64,000 nt of DNA from Eremomyces bilateralis CBS 781.70 (GCA_010015585.1 ML975165.1); one strand, 5' to 3'. Counted from the stretch's first letter, positions 14,885 through 27,294 are shown. Notes: generated from the letters alone by a model not told the origin. A program made the numbers and translations.

Positions 14885-15536
14885 TCTGATGATTCGAAGG
14901 CGTCAATACACCGTTATCAACTCTATCAGAAGCGGAGTTGAACGGCAGACGGGTGATCGGCCAATGACGGGAGAGGGATAGAGACAGCTTCTAGCAAACA
15001 ACCAATTGTTTACCCCAGGTCCTCGGGGTAAGCAACGGGTCCGTAGGAAGAGATTCCCGTTTATGGGCCGTATGCTATTGAATGGAAATTCAATAGAACG
15101 AACTCGGCTCCTCAAAAGGGACAATAGCAAACTGTGAAATCCGCGGCAACGTCCTACGAAAAGAAGAGAGAGAGATTCATACGCCCGCACGGCCCGTCAG
15201 GCCTTTCGGCGAGGCCCATGTAGGGAACTACCTAAGCTGACTAATTACATACATTGGTGCCTCGTGGCCTTGTGCCCCCATTTTCTATCTTCGGTCTTCG
15301 AACTAGCTTCTATATCTGCGGCTAACATAGGGAAATATTATAACTGTGTTAAGGGAATAAGATAGTCAGTTTGCTGAGTGCCTCTGTTCCTCTAGGTTCT
15401 GATCTAGAGTGACGCTGCTCTTACTCGGGCACAGCGTCGGGTTGGAGGGTTGAGACCATATAGTTAGTATAAGGGAATGTATAACTAGGAGAGAAGTGTA
15501 AGAGAGAAGGTGTGGGAGAGAAGGTGTAGAGGGATG

Positions 15537-18500
15537 TCATGTTCCTGGGTCTAGTCTTCCAGTGTCCTGGATAAACTGTATCGTTGCCGTAACTACTTCC
15601 ATGTTCGGAGACCATCGTTTGATCGGGCCGTCCTTTGGTTCTGATTCGTACGCTCCAAGGAGGAAAGGTAGGTCTCTTGCTCGGGCTCCCGCCACTGTCT
15701 TCTCAAGGGATTTCAGATTGATGTGCTGGAAAAGGTGGGCTGTAGCTTCGAGTGGGGATGTGAATGTCTTGGCTTTAAACAGGCATTTGATAAGTCTCCA
15801 TCCGTAGTGATTCTGCGGTTTTGTATGCATCTTGATCCAGTGTTTTCGGGTGAGTTCGTAGAGTCTTTCCTAGACAGTTTCGACTCCTACTTCCGCGGTT
15901 GCGACCTCGCTTGCTGCCGATCTGAATATAGCCGTGATTGCGCTCGCACCTAGTTTGGTGGCTCTCTCGATATGGCGGGCTACTGTCCCTGCAGAGCCCG
16001 GGAACCATACCTGAGTGTTACGGCACGGTAGCTGGATGCACACAACATACACGTAGTCAAAGATATTCTAGATTAAGCTAAAGAAGAGAACAAGAAAGGG
16101 AAGCTTTCTTGTTTACATCGGAGAGGTTGGATGAACCAAGGGTTTCAACCCATAACACTGAGCCCCATAATCGGTGGTCGGTGTGATTGTCGCCGTGAAG
16201 ATCTGTCTCGCTGTTTTTGGGCTGAGTCTTTTGAGTCTCTGGAGCGCCATTGCTGCGATTTCTCCTCGTTTCGCTGTTCTTCTCGCGTGGGTCTGGAAAT
16301 TGAGTTTTTGGTCTAGCATAACTCCAAGGAGTTTAATCTCTGATACTGGGGCTACCTCGTTATCCATAAATACCAGTGGCAGGAGCTCGTTCTCGTCCTG
16401 TTTCCTGCGTCTGGTAAAGTAAATGAGTTGGGTCTTATCCGGTTCGAATATCGCGCCGCTTTCTTGGCTCCACTTTTCGGTGTTCGGTAGGACTTGTTCC
16501 TGGATTCGCTGGATATTGCTCTTGATATCTGGACCTGTTACCCAGGCTGTGAAGTCGTCTACAAACGCCATCGTTCCCATATGGTCTGTTACCTTTCCTG
16601 CGACGAGGTTTGCGTTGTAGAAGAGGAAGAGGATAGGGGAGAGTGGCGACCCTTGTGGCAGACCAGCATGGGCGATGTCTATAACCGCTGATTCGGTGCC
16701 ATTAACCATGATTGACGCCTTCCGATTTCCGCAGAATTCGTATACCCATCTCACAATCTCTGGTGGGATTCCTCTTTCCTTGAGTCTTTGGTATAGTACT
16801 CCCTTGTTCACTCCGTTGAAGGCGCCTTTAACGTCGAAGGTAACTAGCGATAGTATCTTCTTCTGTTTCCATGCTTGGTAGATTTGCTCTGTAACTAGCT
16901 GGAGGGCATCGGTCGTCGATCTCTGCTTTCTTGCTCCGTAGTGGGCCTTTGGGAGTATCCCGTACATTTCGTCTAGAAAAGACAAGCGTTCTGCGAGCAC
17001 CGATTCTAGCGCCTTGCTCAGGGTGGTAAGCAGGGAGATAGGCCTATACGCCTTCGCAAGAGTGTAGTCTGGTTTGCCTTGCTTTCTAAGCGGGACGATC
17101 CGCGCGATTTTCCATTGCTCTGGGAGGTATGATTCTCTGGCCGACGCTTGTAGGAGGGCATGTACGTGGTCTCCTACTTCTGGCCACAGCTTCTGCCAGG
17201 CTACTGGTGGAAGTCCGTCTGGTCCTGGTGCCTTAAAGGGTTTTGCTCTATGGACCGCCTCTCGTACTTCCTCCTTGGTGATCTCCTCCCACGGGTGTTG
17301 GTGTCTTTCTCTAGTTTGGGGCGGTTCTGGGGCGTCTGCCGGTTCGCTGAAGAACTGGGTAAGGAGTTCCTTTGATATTGCCTGGTCTGTTTTCGCTAAC
17401 CCTTCGTTTATCTTTAGGACTGATATCCTCCCAAACGCGCTTGATTGGGCTGGGTGGAGGAATTTTGCGGCTTTCCAGATGTTGTTGTTGTCGCTAAGGA
17501 ATTCCTTCCAACATGTTCTTCGTTGTCTCCGTATCGCATCGTGGAAGGTTTTCCTAGCTACTCTGGCTTTCTCTTCTAGGCGGTTATTGGGGGTTCCTGC
17601 TCTTCGCGTTGAGGCTGCTTCGTTTCTTGCCCTTGTATACGCGATTTTAAGGTCTGTGAGATCCATTGTCCACCATCTCTTTGAGAATGCCGATGGCCTA
17701 GCAACTGGGGTGTCTTGGAGGACCGCATTTGTAACGATCTGGATTAGCTGGGTGCTGAACTCGTCGATTTTCTCTTCGGGATCTTCTTGTCCGGTGGGAT
17801 TTGTAGGTTCTTTATCCCTTCCTTGGTGGTTTTTGCTACCCTCTTCCAGTTAGTCTTCCGGAAGAGCCTTCTTGGCTCGTTCGTGCAGTCGTATAGGTCT
17901 AGGTCAAATTGGGACTCGATTGCGTTATGGTCAGAGCCATATTCGATAGGCCAGATTGTACATCGGAGTATGTCTTCGAATAGCCGGCTTGATGCCATGC
18001 AGAGGTCGATCGTGGTTCCTGAGTTATGTGTAGAAGTACCCCTAGGGAAGGCAAGTTGTAATCCTTGCTTATGCATGAATGGGATAATATCCTCCCCATG
18101 GTTGTCTCTGACCCTGTCTCCTCCCCATAGCTGATCGTGACGGTTGAAGTCCCCAGCAATTAGTAGATCATGGGACGGGAATCTTACGGTCGTGTTCTCA
18201 ATCAAGTCTAGTATCTCTCTAACCTGGGCTTGGCTCTCCGCGACTGTTGCTGCCTGTATTGGTACGTAAACTGATATGATAATCATCTCTCGTCCATTGA
18301 TCTCCACTTCGATTGCTGTGATGTCTGGTGACCCTACGTCTATTTGCCTGGGTCGCAGTTGGTGGCTTGCATAGATCAGTGACCGCACTGGGTATCGTAG
18401 TGTCTTATGGGTTTCGTTTGGGATGAACTGTTGGAAATATGAGTGTGTAGATGGTGCTGCGACCACTCGATCGTCGTCTGTCAGGAAGCAAGATGGTTCC

Positions 18501-18613
18501 TGAATCAGGATAACGCTGATATCCTGTAGTGATTCGTCATTCATCAGTACGTGCTGTGCTTCTGGCATTTTCCTCATGTTGGCCTGTAGTATTCTCAGAG
18601 GTTTACTACGCAT
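15537..18613 (-). pseudogene. LINE ORF2 (APE endonuclease plus reverse transcriptase), disrupted
   Basis: ILIQEP, GDFNRH and GSDH (APE); APGPDG, YRPISLL, GLPQGSPLSPILF and FVDD (RT). Frameshift near 17790, solo-LTR insertion at 16016-16157, in-frame TAG at 15870-15872. Confidence 0.9.
16016..16157. mobile_element. Solo LTR (142 bp) nested in LINE ORF2
   Basis: Starts TGTTA and ends TAACA; flanked by 5-bp TSD CTGAG (16011-16015 and 16158-16162); removal restores the reading DYGAQ-VWFPG. Confidence 0.9.
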
Positions 18614-20006
18614 TAGATAATTCCTGGGGGACGTTTCTAGACCATGCGTCTACTACCCGGAGGGGGTCTTCTACCTGGGGGGCGTTTCTAGTCCTTGCGC
18701 CTTCTATACAGTCCGCTGCGTTATGGTTGGGACATTGGCACTTGAAGCATCGTCTGCTTCGTGGTGTTTCGAAGAACTCTTTAATTCTCACGTATGATCC
18801 CTGGATAGAGATCGATCCTTCGTTGAGTAGTCTATCTTTTTCTGCTTGCGATCTACAGAAGACCACTAACTCGATTCTTAGGTGGGCTGATGGCCGGCTG
18901 AGTAGTCGCATGCCGCGGATCTGGGCATCGTTCTCGATGCAGATGTCCTTAACAATATCTTCATCGATCCGTCGACCTGTCTCTGGGTTGCCTACTCCTG
19001 TTGCTTTGACTTTGAAATCCTCGCGGATATTCAATTTTATGTCCTGGAGCGTTGGATCGTTGGCCCACGGTAGTGCTGTCTCTATAGTTTCGACTTCCTG
19101 TTGTGATCGAAAGACGAAGCCTATGCTCTCTGGTCGGCGGTTTAGTACGGCAGTGCACTTGCAATTCTTCGTTTCGTCGGTTGCCTGTAGGGTCTTGTTC
19201 ATCATTTCCTTAAGCTCCTTATTACCAGCTGAACTATATCGAGAAGCCGAAAGGTTGAGGTTAACCGTCGGTGGCCTATGGTTTTCCCTCCTTATCTGGC
19301 CGTTTCCTGGAGAGGGAATACGTGTCACGACGGGGTCGGAGACGGAACGAAGATCTGGGATGGTGTCTGGTGGTGTAATGGCGATCGATGGTGAGAGCAT
19401 CGTCGAGGAAGGGACTGTCAGGCTGTTCGATCCTGCCGCGGCAATTGCGGCGTATGACCCCGTTCGCGCGCTTCCCAAGGGGCTAGCTATACTAGGCTGG
19501 CTAACCACGGTTTGTTCTACTCTCTCTAGAGTTTGTCTCAAAGTATCGATCAGCTTCTCCATATCCTGGAATTTGTTCGTGACGTTCTCAAATTTGTTGG
19601 TCATGCTGTTTAGTTCGCCTTTCAGCCTTTCGTTCTCGGTTTTCAGTTCCATTGTCTGTGCTTTGATTCCTTGTTCTAACGCGATGCCGTCTCGGAACAT
19701 CTTGGTAATCGCGTCACTCGAGCCGTGATCCTTCTTTTGGCTAGCCACCATCTCTTGTTGCAGTCGTTCGTTTAGCTCCCGGGCTCTGGCCTTTGCCATC
19801 CCTTGGGTTACCTTTCCTGCTCTCGTTGTGACTCCTAACGCCATAGGGGTCGATCCTGTGCTTGGCGGCCCTGGGGATGTCGGTGTTACTGTGCCCCTTC
19901 TTCCTGGAGGCGCCCTCGTGGGGGGGGGGGGGCATTCCTGGTAGTCCTTTCTATTGCCCGGGTTCCTACGTGTAGTATGGTATAGGGCTTCAGTGGTCGT
20001 TACCAC
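18606..20006 (-). CDS. LINE ORF1 (gag-like; coiled coil plus CCHC knuckle)
   Basis: Heptad-like coiled coil and CFKCQCPNHNAADC knuckle; first in-frame ATG about 19844; stop overlaps the ORF2 ATG (ATGCGTAG). Confidence 0.8.
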   Translation of the reverse strand: MVTTTEALYHTTRRNPGNRKDYQECPPPPTRAPPGRRGTVTPTSPGPPSTGSTPMALGVTTRAGKVTQGMAKARARELNERLQQEMVASQKKDHGSSDAITKMFRDGIALEQGIKAQTMELKTENERLKGELNSMTNKFENVTNKFQDMEKLIDTLRQTLERVEQTVVSQPSIASPLGSARTGSYAAIAAAGSNSLTVPSSTMLSPSIAITPPDTIPDLRSVSDPVVTRIPSPGNGQIRRENHRPPTVNLNLSASRYSSAGNKELKEMMNKTLQATDETKNCKCTAVLNRRPESIGFVFRSQQEVETIETALPWANDPTLQDIKLNIREDFKVKATGVGNPETGRRIDEDIVKDICIENDAQIRGMRLLSRPSAHLRIELVVFCRSQAEKDRLLNEGSISIQGSYVRIKEFFETPRSRRCFKCQCPNHNAADCIEGARTRNAPQVEDPLRVVDAWSRNVPQELSNA

Positions 20007-20246
20007 AGATGATGGCCACTAGTCGTGTAGGTTCGTGATGCTCGCCTGTTGCTGGTTGTGTGCGCTCTTGACGCGTCGCGACGCGTTTATTTGGTTGCCG
20101 ATCACCTTACCTTCTCACGCGTATTACGATACAGAATTTCTAGTGCTTGCTATTACAGACTATAATAACTAGTCACGCAGGGAGTTCTCCCTACGAAAAG
20201 AAACAGGAAACTCGGATTCGACGTTGCAGTGGAAATTGAGAGCGAA

Positions 20247-20346
20247 TCACATGACAGGGATCCTGGCGTGCCTGGTGGGCCTGGTGTAAACAATCTGGAC
20301 CCTGGTCATGTGACAAAAAAAGTGTTGTAATTTCCAGTCATGTGAC
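20247..20346. promoter_or_regulatory. Three TCACATGAC/GTCATGTGA E-box-like motifs upstream of RPS26
   Basis: Copies at 20247-20255, 20305-20314 and 20337-20346. Confidence 0.5.
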
Positions 20347-20565
20347 TCACAGGAACCTCGGAAGCAATATTTTTCCGAAGGACCGACTCAACTCTTGGCA
20401 CACATGCAACTTCAATATTGAGGAAGTCGAAAGCGATACACCATCACTAGCAGTTCTGACATCTTAAGAGCCTGACATTTCGAGCTCTTAGGTATCAACA
20501 GTGAGTGTCTCTGATTTCCCCATAGCGACTCAATTCCTATGCTGACCGCGCCATAGTCCGCCATC

Positions 20566-21180
20566 ATGGTCAAGAAGCGAGCGTCCAAGTATGCAGAACC
20601 TATCTCCCCGACTATCAGCACCCGAAACAGGGCCTAACAGGATCGCAGCGGACGTAACAAGAAGGGCCGCGGCCACGTCAAGCCGATCCGATGCTCCAAC
20701 TGCGCCCGATGCACACCCAAAGATAAGGCCATCAAGAGATTCACGATCCGAAACATGGTCGAATCCGCCGCCATTCGTAAGCCTGCTCATCCCCGGACGA
20801 CCGCGTAGCGAACGTCGCTGGGATTTTTGATCACGAGGAGGAATCGGCGCTAACCACCGTGCGAAATATAGGGGATATCTCCGATGCCTCCGTCTTCCCC
20901 GAATACACCGTCCCCAAGATGTACCTGAAGCTTCAGTACTGCGTCTCCTGCGCCATCCACGGCAAGATCGTCCGGTATGTTCGCACTGAAATCCGCCGAC
21001 AAGGCACGATTCCACCCAGGAACGTTAAACTAATGAATTGGCTCCAGTGTCCGCTCCCGGGAAGGTCGCCGCAACCGTGCTCCCCCGCCACGAGTCCGAT
21101 ACAACAAGGACGGAAAGAAGGTCACCCCGACGCAGGCTGCAAAGGCTGCCGGTGGTGTCCCGGGTGCTGTCGGTGCGTAA
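20566..21180 (+). CDS. RPS26: 40S ribosomal protein S26 (eS26), 4 coding exons
   Basis: [29 protein letters not shown]...[16 protein letters not shown]; introns about 20590-20648, 20777-20871 and 20975-21047; probable 5' UTR intron about 20492-20556. Confidence 0.97.
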
Positions 21181-21538
21181 ATGAGGGTGGAGAGGGAATG
21201 ACGGATCATTCATCATTGAGGCGTTGGGTCTCCCATGTCTGTGTGGGGTTTACAAAATCTGATATTGCACGGCATGGTTCCTTCAAAAATGAATGAGGGA
21301 TGGACATTGCATGGTTAGCACTGAATATGTAAATTCATCGCAACTGGCTCATGCTTGATGAACCTATCCATGTGTGAGTGATTATTGGGATGTGTTGGAG
21401 ACGCATTTTGTGAAGCCCATACCGGAATCCCGTCTCCCCATGCACGAATAACCAGCCGATTATGAGCCAGAACATACAAGAAAAACATAACCGTAACATC
21501 CATTCGATTTATCATACAGGAAGACACATATCCCATCA

Positions 21539-22440
21539 TCAATCACTCCTCTTCTGCGGCAGCGCTCCACCCTCATCCGCCGCGCCCGCCAGAGTCTCCC
21601 CTGTCACATGCTCATCCTCCTCCCAATCCTCCGCATTCTCATCCCAATTATCCACCTCCTCCTCCAGCGTCGGGGCGCGCGGTGCTGCCGGCGATCCGAC
21701 GCGCTCCCCAAGCTCGAGGTCTTCTTCCTCGCCGGGCGCGGGCTGGTAGCCTTTCGCTTGGCGTTTCCGCTCGAGCATGCGCAGGTGGTACCAGGTGCTC
21801 AGGGCGATGGCGAGGCCAGAGCCGAGGATGTTGGCGACAATATCGTAGAGGTCGAAGGTGCGGCCATTCTGGAGGGGTTGGGGTTTAGTTTCACGATGCA
21901 GAGAGGTAGGGTGTGGGGGCTTACAGGAAGGGCGGCCTGGATGAATTCGGATCCGATGCCAAGCAGGGCGGGGCATACGGCGATGGTGAGCTGCAATGTG
22001 CGCCGGCGATTTGTTTCGATGGTCCAATAGAAGCATAGCTGAGTGACAGGTAAGTTTTCGGCTCGCGGGGGGTTTAACTCGGAGGGAACAGCGTACTGTT
22101 AATATGAAGAAGGTGAGGAAATGGAGGACTTTGTCGCTGCCCTTATACTCGGGGATCTGATTCGGTGCGAGGCCTAAGTAGCCCGCGATGAAGAGCAAGA
22201 CGACGAATCCGACTATGCATGGACGGTTAGCAACTGGCTAGTATGGTATTGTGCAGGTTATCGTGAGGCTGAAGGACGGGAGTGAATGTAACGATATATA
22301 TCCCATGGACACGCAAAAGGTACAATAGCGCTTCGGAGAATTGACACCGGATTCATGCTCGACCATAGCGAATCGACGGATTGTCACGGGAGGAATTGAA
22401 TCCTTGAATGCATACCGGCTGGCTGAGTCCGTATCCGCAT
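21539..22440 (-). CDS. VanZ-like small membrane protein, spliced
   Basis: MRIRTQPA|VGFVVLLFIAGYLGL, DKVLHF, GSEFIQ, RTFDLYDIVANILG and an acidic tail. Confidence 0.8.
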
Positions 22441-23042
22441 GGTGGCCGGGTGGAGGTGCGGGTGCCTATAACTGCATAATAGATAGGAACGGATTGAGTT
22501 AAGGGCGTAGGAGTGGGAGAGACGAGGGATGACAGGAGACTATAGAGGAGCAGGAGATCCGACAAGAATACTAAGGGCTAAGAGTTGAGAGGAGAGGAGC
22601 TAGCAGGAGGATAGGACGATGCCACACGACAAGAGATCCAGGTGTGATGTGGTGATGAGCTGCACGACGTATGACCACATTGACCAGACATTCAGCCTTG
22701 TGCCTTGGAGCCTGACGTGGCTGAGTGTGGCGTTGTGGCACAACCAATCAAAACGCTCCTTCAGCGCTGGTGTGTGCTCTCAGTCAGTCACTCACCCTCC
22801 GCCGACTTCATCCAACATCACCCATAGTTCCCCATACCCCGATCCCCCAATTATTCCATCGCGAATCCACCCTTATCCATCGATTTTCCTCTCCGAATCC
22901 TGCTGGCTCATCACTGCGACCCATGACCCTTCAATGCTGAGCCTTTTTTCCGCCCGGCGCTCGCTAGAATCGCCTTTGGAGCGCCGCCCTTTGTCGGGCC
23001 CTGCACCTCCGCGAGGGGTGTGCCAAGCACTGCGTCGGGAGC

Positions 23043-26000
23043 ATGTACACCGCGAATAATCCCCTCTCGCAATCGCTTGCATCGCGCCAACCCCATTATT
23101 CCGCCGTGAGAAAGTCGGGCTCCTTCTCCGGACCCCCCAGAATTCGGACGCCGATCCTGAACGATGCGATCATCCATTCGGGCCCGGGCTCCACCAGTGC
23201 CGGCACGGGGGCAGAGGGATTAGGGGAAGAGGACCCCCGGTATGCGCAGTTCCGGGACCGATATGCGCAATCCGAAGCGCGTTTGTTCGCACTGTGTCGC
23301 GGCGAGACGGTCGTGTCGAAAAAGCGAAGTGCGGACGAAATGGAGGGAAGTTTACCGAATGGACAGAATGGACATGCGGAGGCATCATCAAGACCCGCGA
23401 AGAAGGCCGCACGGACAATTGATGAGGACGACTATGGAGACGACGAGGAGGACGAAGAGGGCGAGTCAATCAAGAAATCCCCCTTATCGCCGCTGCATAC
23501 GAAAGGGAAACTGCCCAACAACGTCTTCCACGGGTTCGGTTCGCCAATGGTTCGAGTTGCGTCATCGTCGAGTGCGGCTGCGGAGCAGGCTGTGCAAGAT
23601 CAGAGCAAGCTACAAGATGAACTACGCAAGCGGTTAGAGCAAGATAAGAAGAAGGCGGAGGAGGCGGCGAAGCGGAGTTGTTTCACTTTATACTACACCC
23701 TGGAAACCGACCGAGATGCGATGCTGGAACAACAGAAGCTGGATGAGCTGGATCGGCAGATCGAGAAAGAGATGTCGGGACAGCAGGCGGGAGCTGGCGC
23801 ATCCGGAGACAATGCCGCGCACCAAGGCGGGTCCTTGAGTAGCTCAAACCTGGGCGCTTCTAGTTTGACCCTGAAGCATCTCATCAAAAGGATCGATGCC
23901 AAGCGGGGGATCGTCCGAGCAAACGACGCCCAACTGCGAACCCTCATCAACGAAGTGCGGAAAAACAGGAGTAAGTGGGCGAACGAGGATAAGGTCGGCC
24001 AGGAAGAGCTATACGAGGCGGCGGAGCGGGTCCTCATCGAGCTCAAAGCACAGACCGAGCATGCCGCCCCTTTCCTGCAGCGCGTGAATAAGCGCGATGC
24101 ACCGGACTACTACAACATCATTAAAACTCCGATGGACGTCGGGACGATGTTGAAGAAGTTGAAGCAGCTTCAGTACAAGTCCAAGAAAGAGTTTGTGGAT
24201 GACCTGTACCTCATCTGGTCCAACTGCTTGAAATACAACCAAGATCCGAACCACTTCCTGCGGAAGAAGGCCACCTACATGCGCAAGCAGACCGATAATC
24301 TCGTCAGGCTCATCCCGGACATCACGATCCGCGATCGTGCCGAAGTCGAAGCTGAGGAGCGGCGGCAGCAGAACGGTGATGTGGATATCGATGGCGTTGA
24401 GGATAGCGACGACGGTACTTTTCACATGCTCTGATATATCTCTGACCCGTGTTGCTGACACCGTAATTCCAGAGGAACCCATCATGGCGTCACGCGGCAG
24501 AAAAGCGCCCAGTAAAGGCAAAAAGGGAAGCACTGCTGCGCGAAAAGCCCCTCCAGGTGGAAGCGAAGAGACTCCAGCGACTGAGACCAAGCCATCCGTT
24601 CCACCTACTCTAAAGAACGAATTCCTTCGAGCAGATTCCGATGCACCAGTGGAGAACGGGTTCACCACGCCGCCTCCTGGGACACTGACCCCATTAGGCC
24701 CCCATGGCGTAACCGGTAGCCAGGTTGATGGTTCCGATGCCGACGGCGGGGCGAGCTCCTTCAACGATGTGCAAACCGGTCATATCGATGACGCTGACAT
24801 TGATGATGCCGAGTATAAGACATGGAAGCAAGTGACCAAGAAGGCGCGAGCCTTGGCTGCAGCCGAGAGGAACCGTCTTTTTCGCGGGAATGAAATTAAC
24901 CCTGAGGAACCAGCGCTCCTCCGTAGCAGGGCCGGAATGAGAAGGTGGCTGCGCGGTCGTAAGATTGCAAGCCAAGAGGGTGAGCCGACCGATCTCAGCG
25001 TGCAAGCGGAAGCAAAAGAGTCCACGCCGGGAATGTCGGGCGAAACGCTCGCCGAAGGCATCGAAGAGGAGGAAGAGCTCGCTCTCCCGGACTATTACGA
25101 CGTCGTTTCCGCAATCCCGGATCTCGACGATCGACTAAAGTGGGAAGTTGACGCGGATGGCCAAGTCGTTGACCAAGCTGAAGAATGCCTTCGTGTTGTA
25201 CCTCCGGGCACGTTTACCGCTCCCGAAAGCGCACTGACCAAGAAAATGGATGCCAATATGAAGCAGATTCAAGACACTCGGAGGGTGTGCGCTAAGATCG
25301 GCATCGTGAAGCAGATGCAACAACAGGCCCAGGTATGTTCGGCTCAGTAAAATACTATCTTCAGCTGCTCGAAATTGAAGTAGTTGCTGATGACATCACA
25401 GATCTATCAAAATCAGTTCCAGAAATATGATCCGATTCCTTTCCGCGAGGCGGACATCGGGACTCACGTTGTATCTGATGATGGGCCGGTCATGAGCCCC
25501 GAAGTATGCCGTGCCGCCATGCAACGGAGCGTCGCCAAGATCTTCTTCCATGCCGGATTCGAAGATTATCAGCCCTCCGCGCTCGATGCTGTGACCGATC
25601 TAGCCGGGGACTATTTCAAGAACCTCGTCAAAACCCTCAATGTCTACAAAGAGACTCCTCAAGTCAAAGTCCCAGCACCTGCTGGATCGGAAAGCGAACT
25701 GATCGCTCAACCCCGGTTCACGGATGAAGAAATCCTTCTGCACACGTTGGATGTAAATGGCATGGATGTCGGTCAACTTGACACCTATGCGAAGGACGAG
25801 ATGGAGCGGCTTGGTGTCAAATTGGGAGTGAGCCACGAGCGAATGAAGGCGCATCTTGCGGAGCTTCTCGTAAGTTACGGTGAATATTCAAAAACGGCAA
25901 CAACTAACATATGCAGCGTCCTGCAATCGACCCCACGCATGGACCCGACGGCGCAGGAGCCTTTAACGATGGCAGTGAACAGTTCGTCGGTGGAGATTTC

Positions 26001-26649
26001 GCCGAGGACATCGGCGAAGACTTCTTCGGGTTTAAGGAGCTTGGACTCGATCGCGAGTTCGGTCTCAGCACTCTTTCGGTTCCTTTGCATCTTCTCAGCA
26101 GTCGTCTTCACCAGGGTTACCAGAGCCAAAACGCAACGTACGTGTCAATTCCTACGATACCGCCATCAACTCTATCTAACGCCCACCCGCAGCACAACCC
26201 CAATGACCGGCGAAACCTTACCCCAACCCGACGCCTTCAAGCCCATCACCGCCGAAAATATCACCGACGAAATCGGCCTCATCCACGGCTTCTTCCAAGA
26301 CAAGCTGCGCGCCAACGGCAACCAGTCGCTCATCGAAGACGACGACCTACCCCCCAAGCAGCGCTTCCCCAAACCCCGACTGCCGCCCACGGGCAAGATC
26401 ACCAGTCCGCGGAAGCGCCCGATCCGCGAGCAACAGCAGCTAGCGAAGAAAAAGCGCAAGCTCGAAGAAGGCAAGGACGATGCCGGTGGGGGCGCGGGCG
26501 CGCAGCCGTCCACCAACGGGATCACCAAGACGGCGAATAAGGTGGCGGGCCGGATGCAGTTGAAGATGCCGGAGCCGAAGGAGCCGGCGGTGGACTCGGC
26601 GCACGATGATGGGAGTGTTATGGGCATGATGAGCCCGGAGAGCATGTGA
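23043..26649 (+). CDS. SPT7: SAGA subunit Spt7 (bromodomain plus histone-fold), multi-exon; exact start uncertain
   Basis: [18 protein letters not shown], bromodomain [15 protein letters not shown]...[22 protein letters not shown]. Confidence 0.9.
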
Positions 26650-27294
26650 TGAGGCGGTCGAATCGGACCCGCGGCGTTCTGCGATGTGCGGATTTCTTGT
26701 GCGATGTTTCCGTTGGCTACGTGAGAGAGGGACCCAGGCCTTCCGGTCCCTCGTGGGCGTGATGGTTTTTTTCAATATCCTGCATTGGGTTGGGCATTTT
26801 CATCGGACGGTTCGCATCCCCGCATGGCGTCGCTCGAGACCTCTTGGTCGTCGACATCTCCTGGTGTTTGAGCACCGTCGCGCTCCGATTTGCGTTTCTG
26901 GGGTTGGATGGATCATGAACGGTCGATCGACACGGCATGGGCGAGAAGATTTTGGGGACGTTTCCCCTGCGGCGTTGGGCGAACAAGCGGATATTCTGAA
27001 TCGGCGGCTTTTTGCGATATTCCGTCGTCCTTGATGGCGAGCGAGTTTACGCGCGCTTTATCGATGGTAGACGATCCTGGATTGATTTACGATGCTTTTC
27101 ATGCTCGGAGATGCACGAACAAGTGAGGAGAGGGATCCTTGGCTTGGTAGTCAATGCATCGCGAGTCAGTGGGCTGTACATAAACAAAGCAATGCGAATC
27201 GATCAGTGTATTATATATTGGGTCTCTTGAGGTGACCTACACTTTGGTATCCAAGAAGTGGCAATATATATACGGTATGGTCCAATCTACACGT

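Larger units (their letters stand above)
15166..20189 (-). mobile_element. Tad1-clade non-LTR retrotransposon (LINE), both ends present, internally decayed
   Basis: Direct repeat CCTACGAAAAGAA at 15153-15165 and 20190-20202 (TSD); (TC)5 3' tail; gag-like ORF1 and an endonuclease-RT ORF2. Confidence 0.93.

Noticed and set aside
15176..15225. Possible hammerhead ribozyme at the LINE 3' end
   Set aside because: Has CTGACGG rather than CTGANGA, and GAAA is not in the required position after stem II
18529..19728. 399-aa + strand ORF
   Set aside because: Antisense shadow of LINE ORF1 with no recognisable motifs
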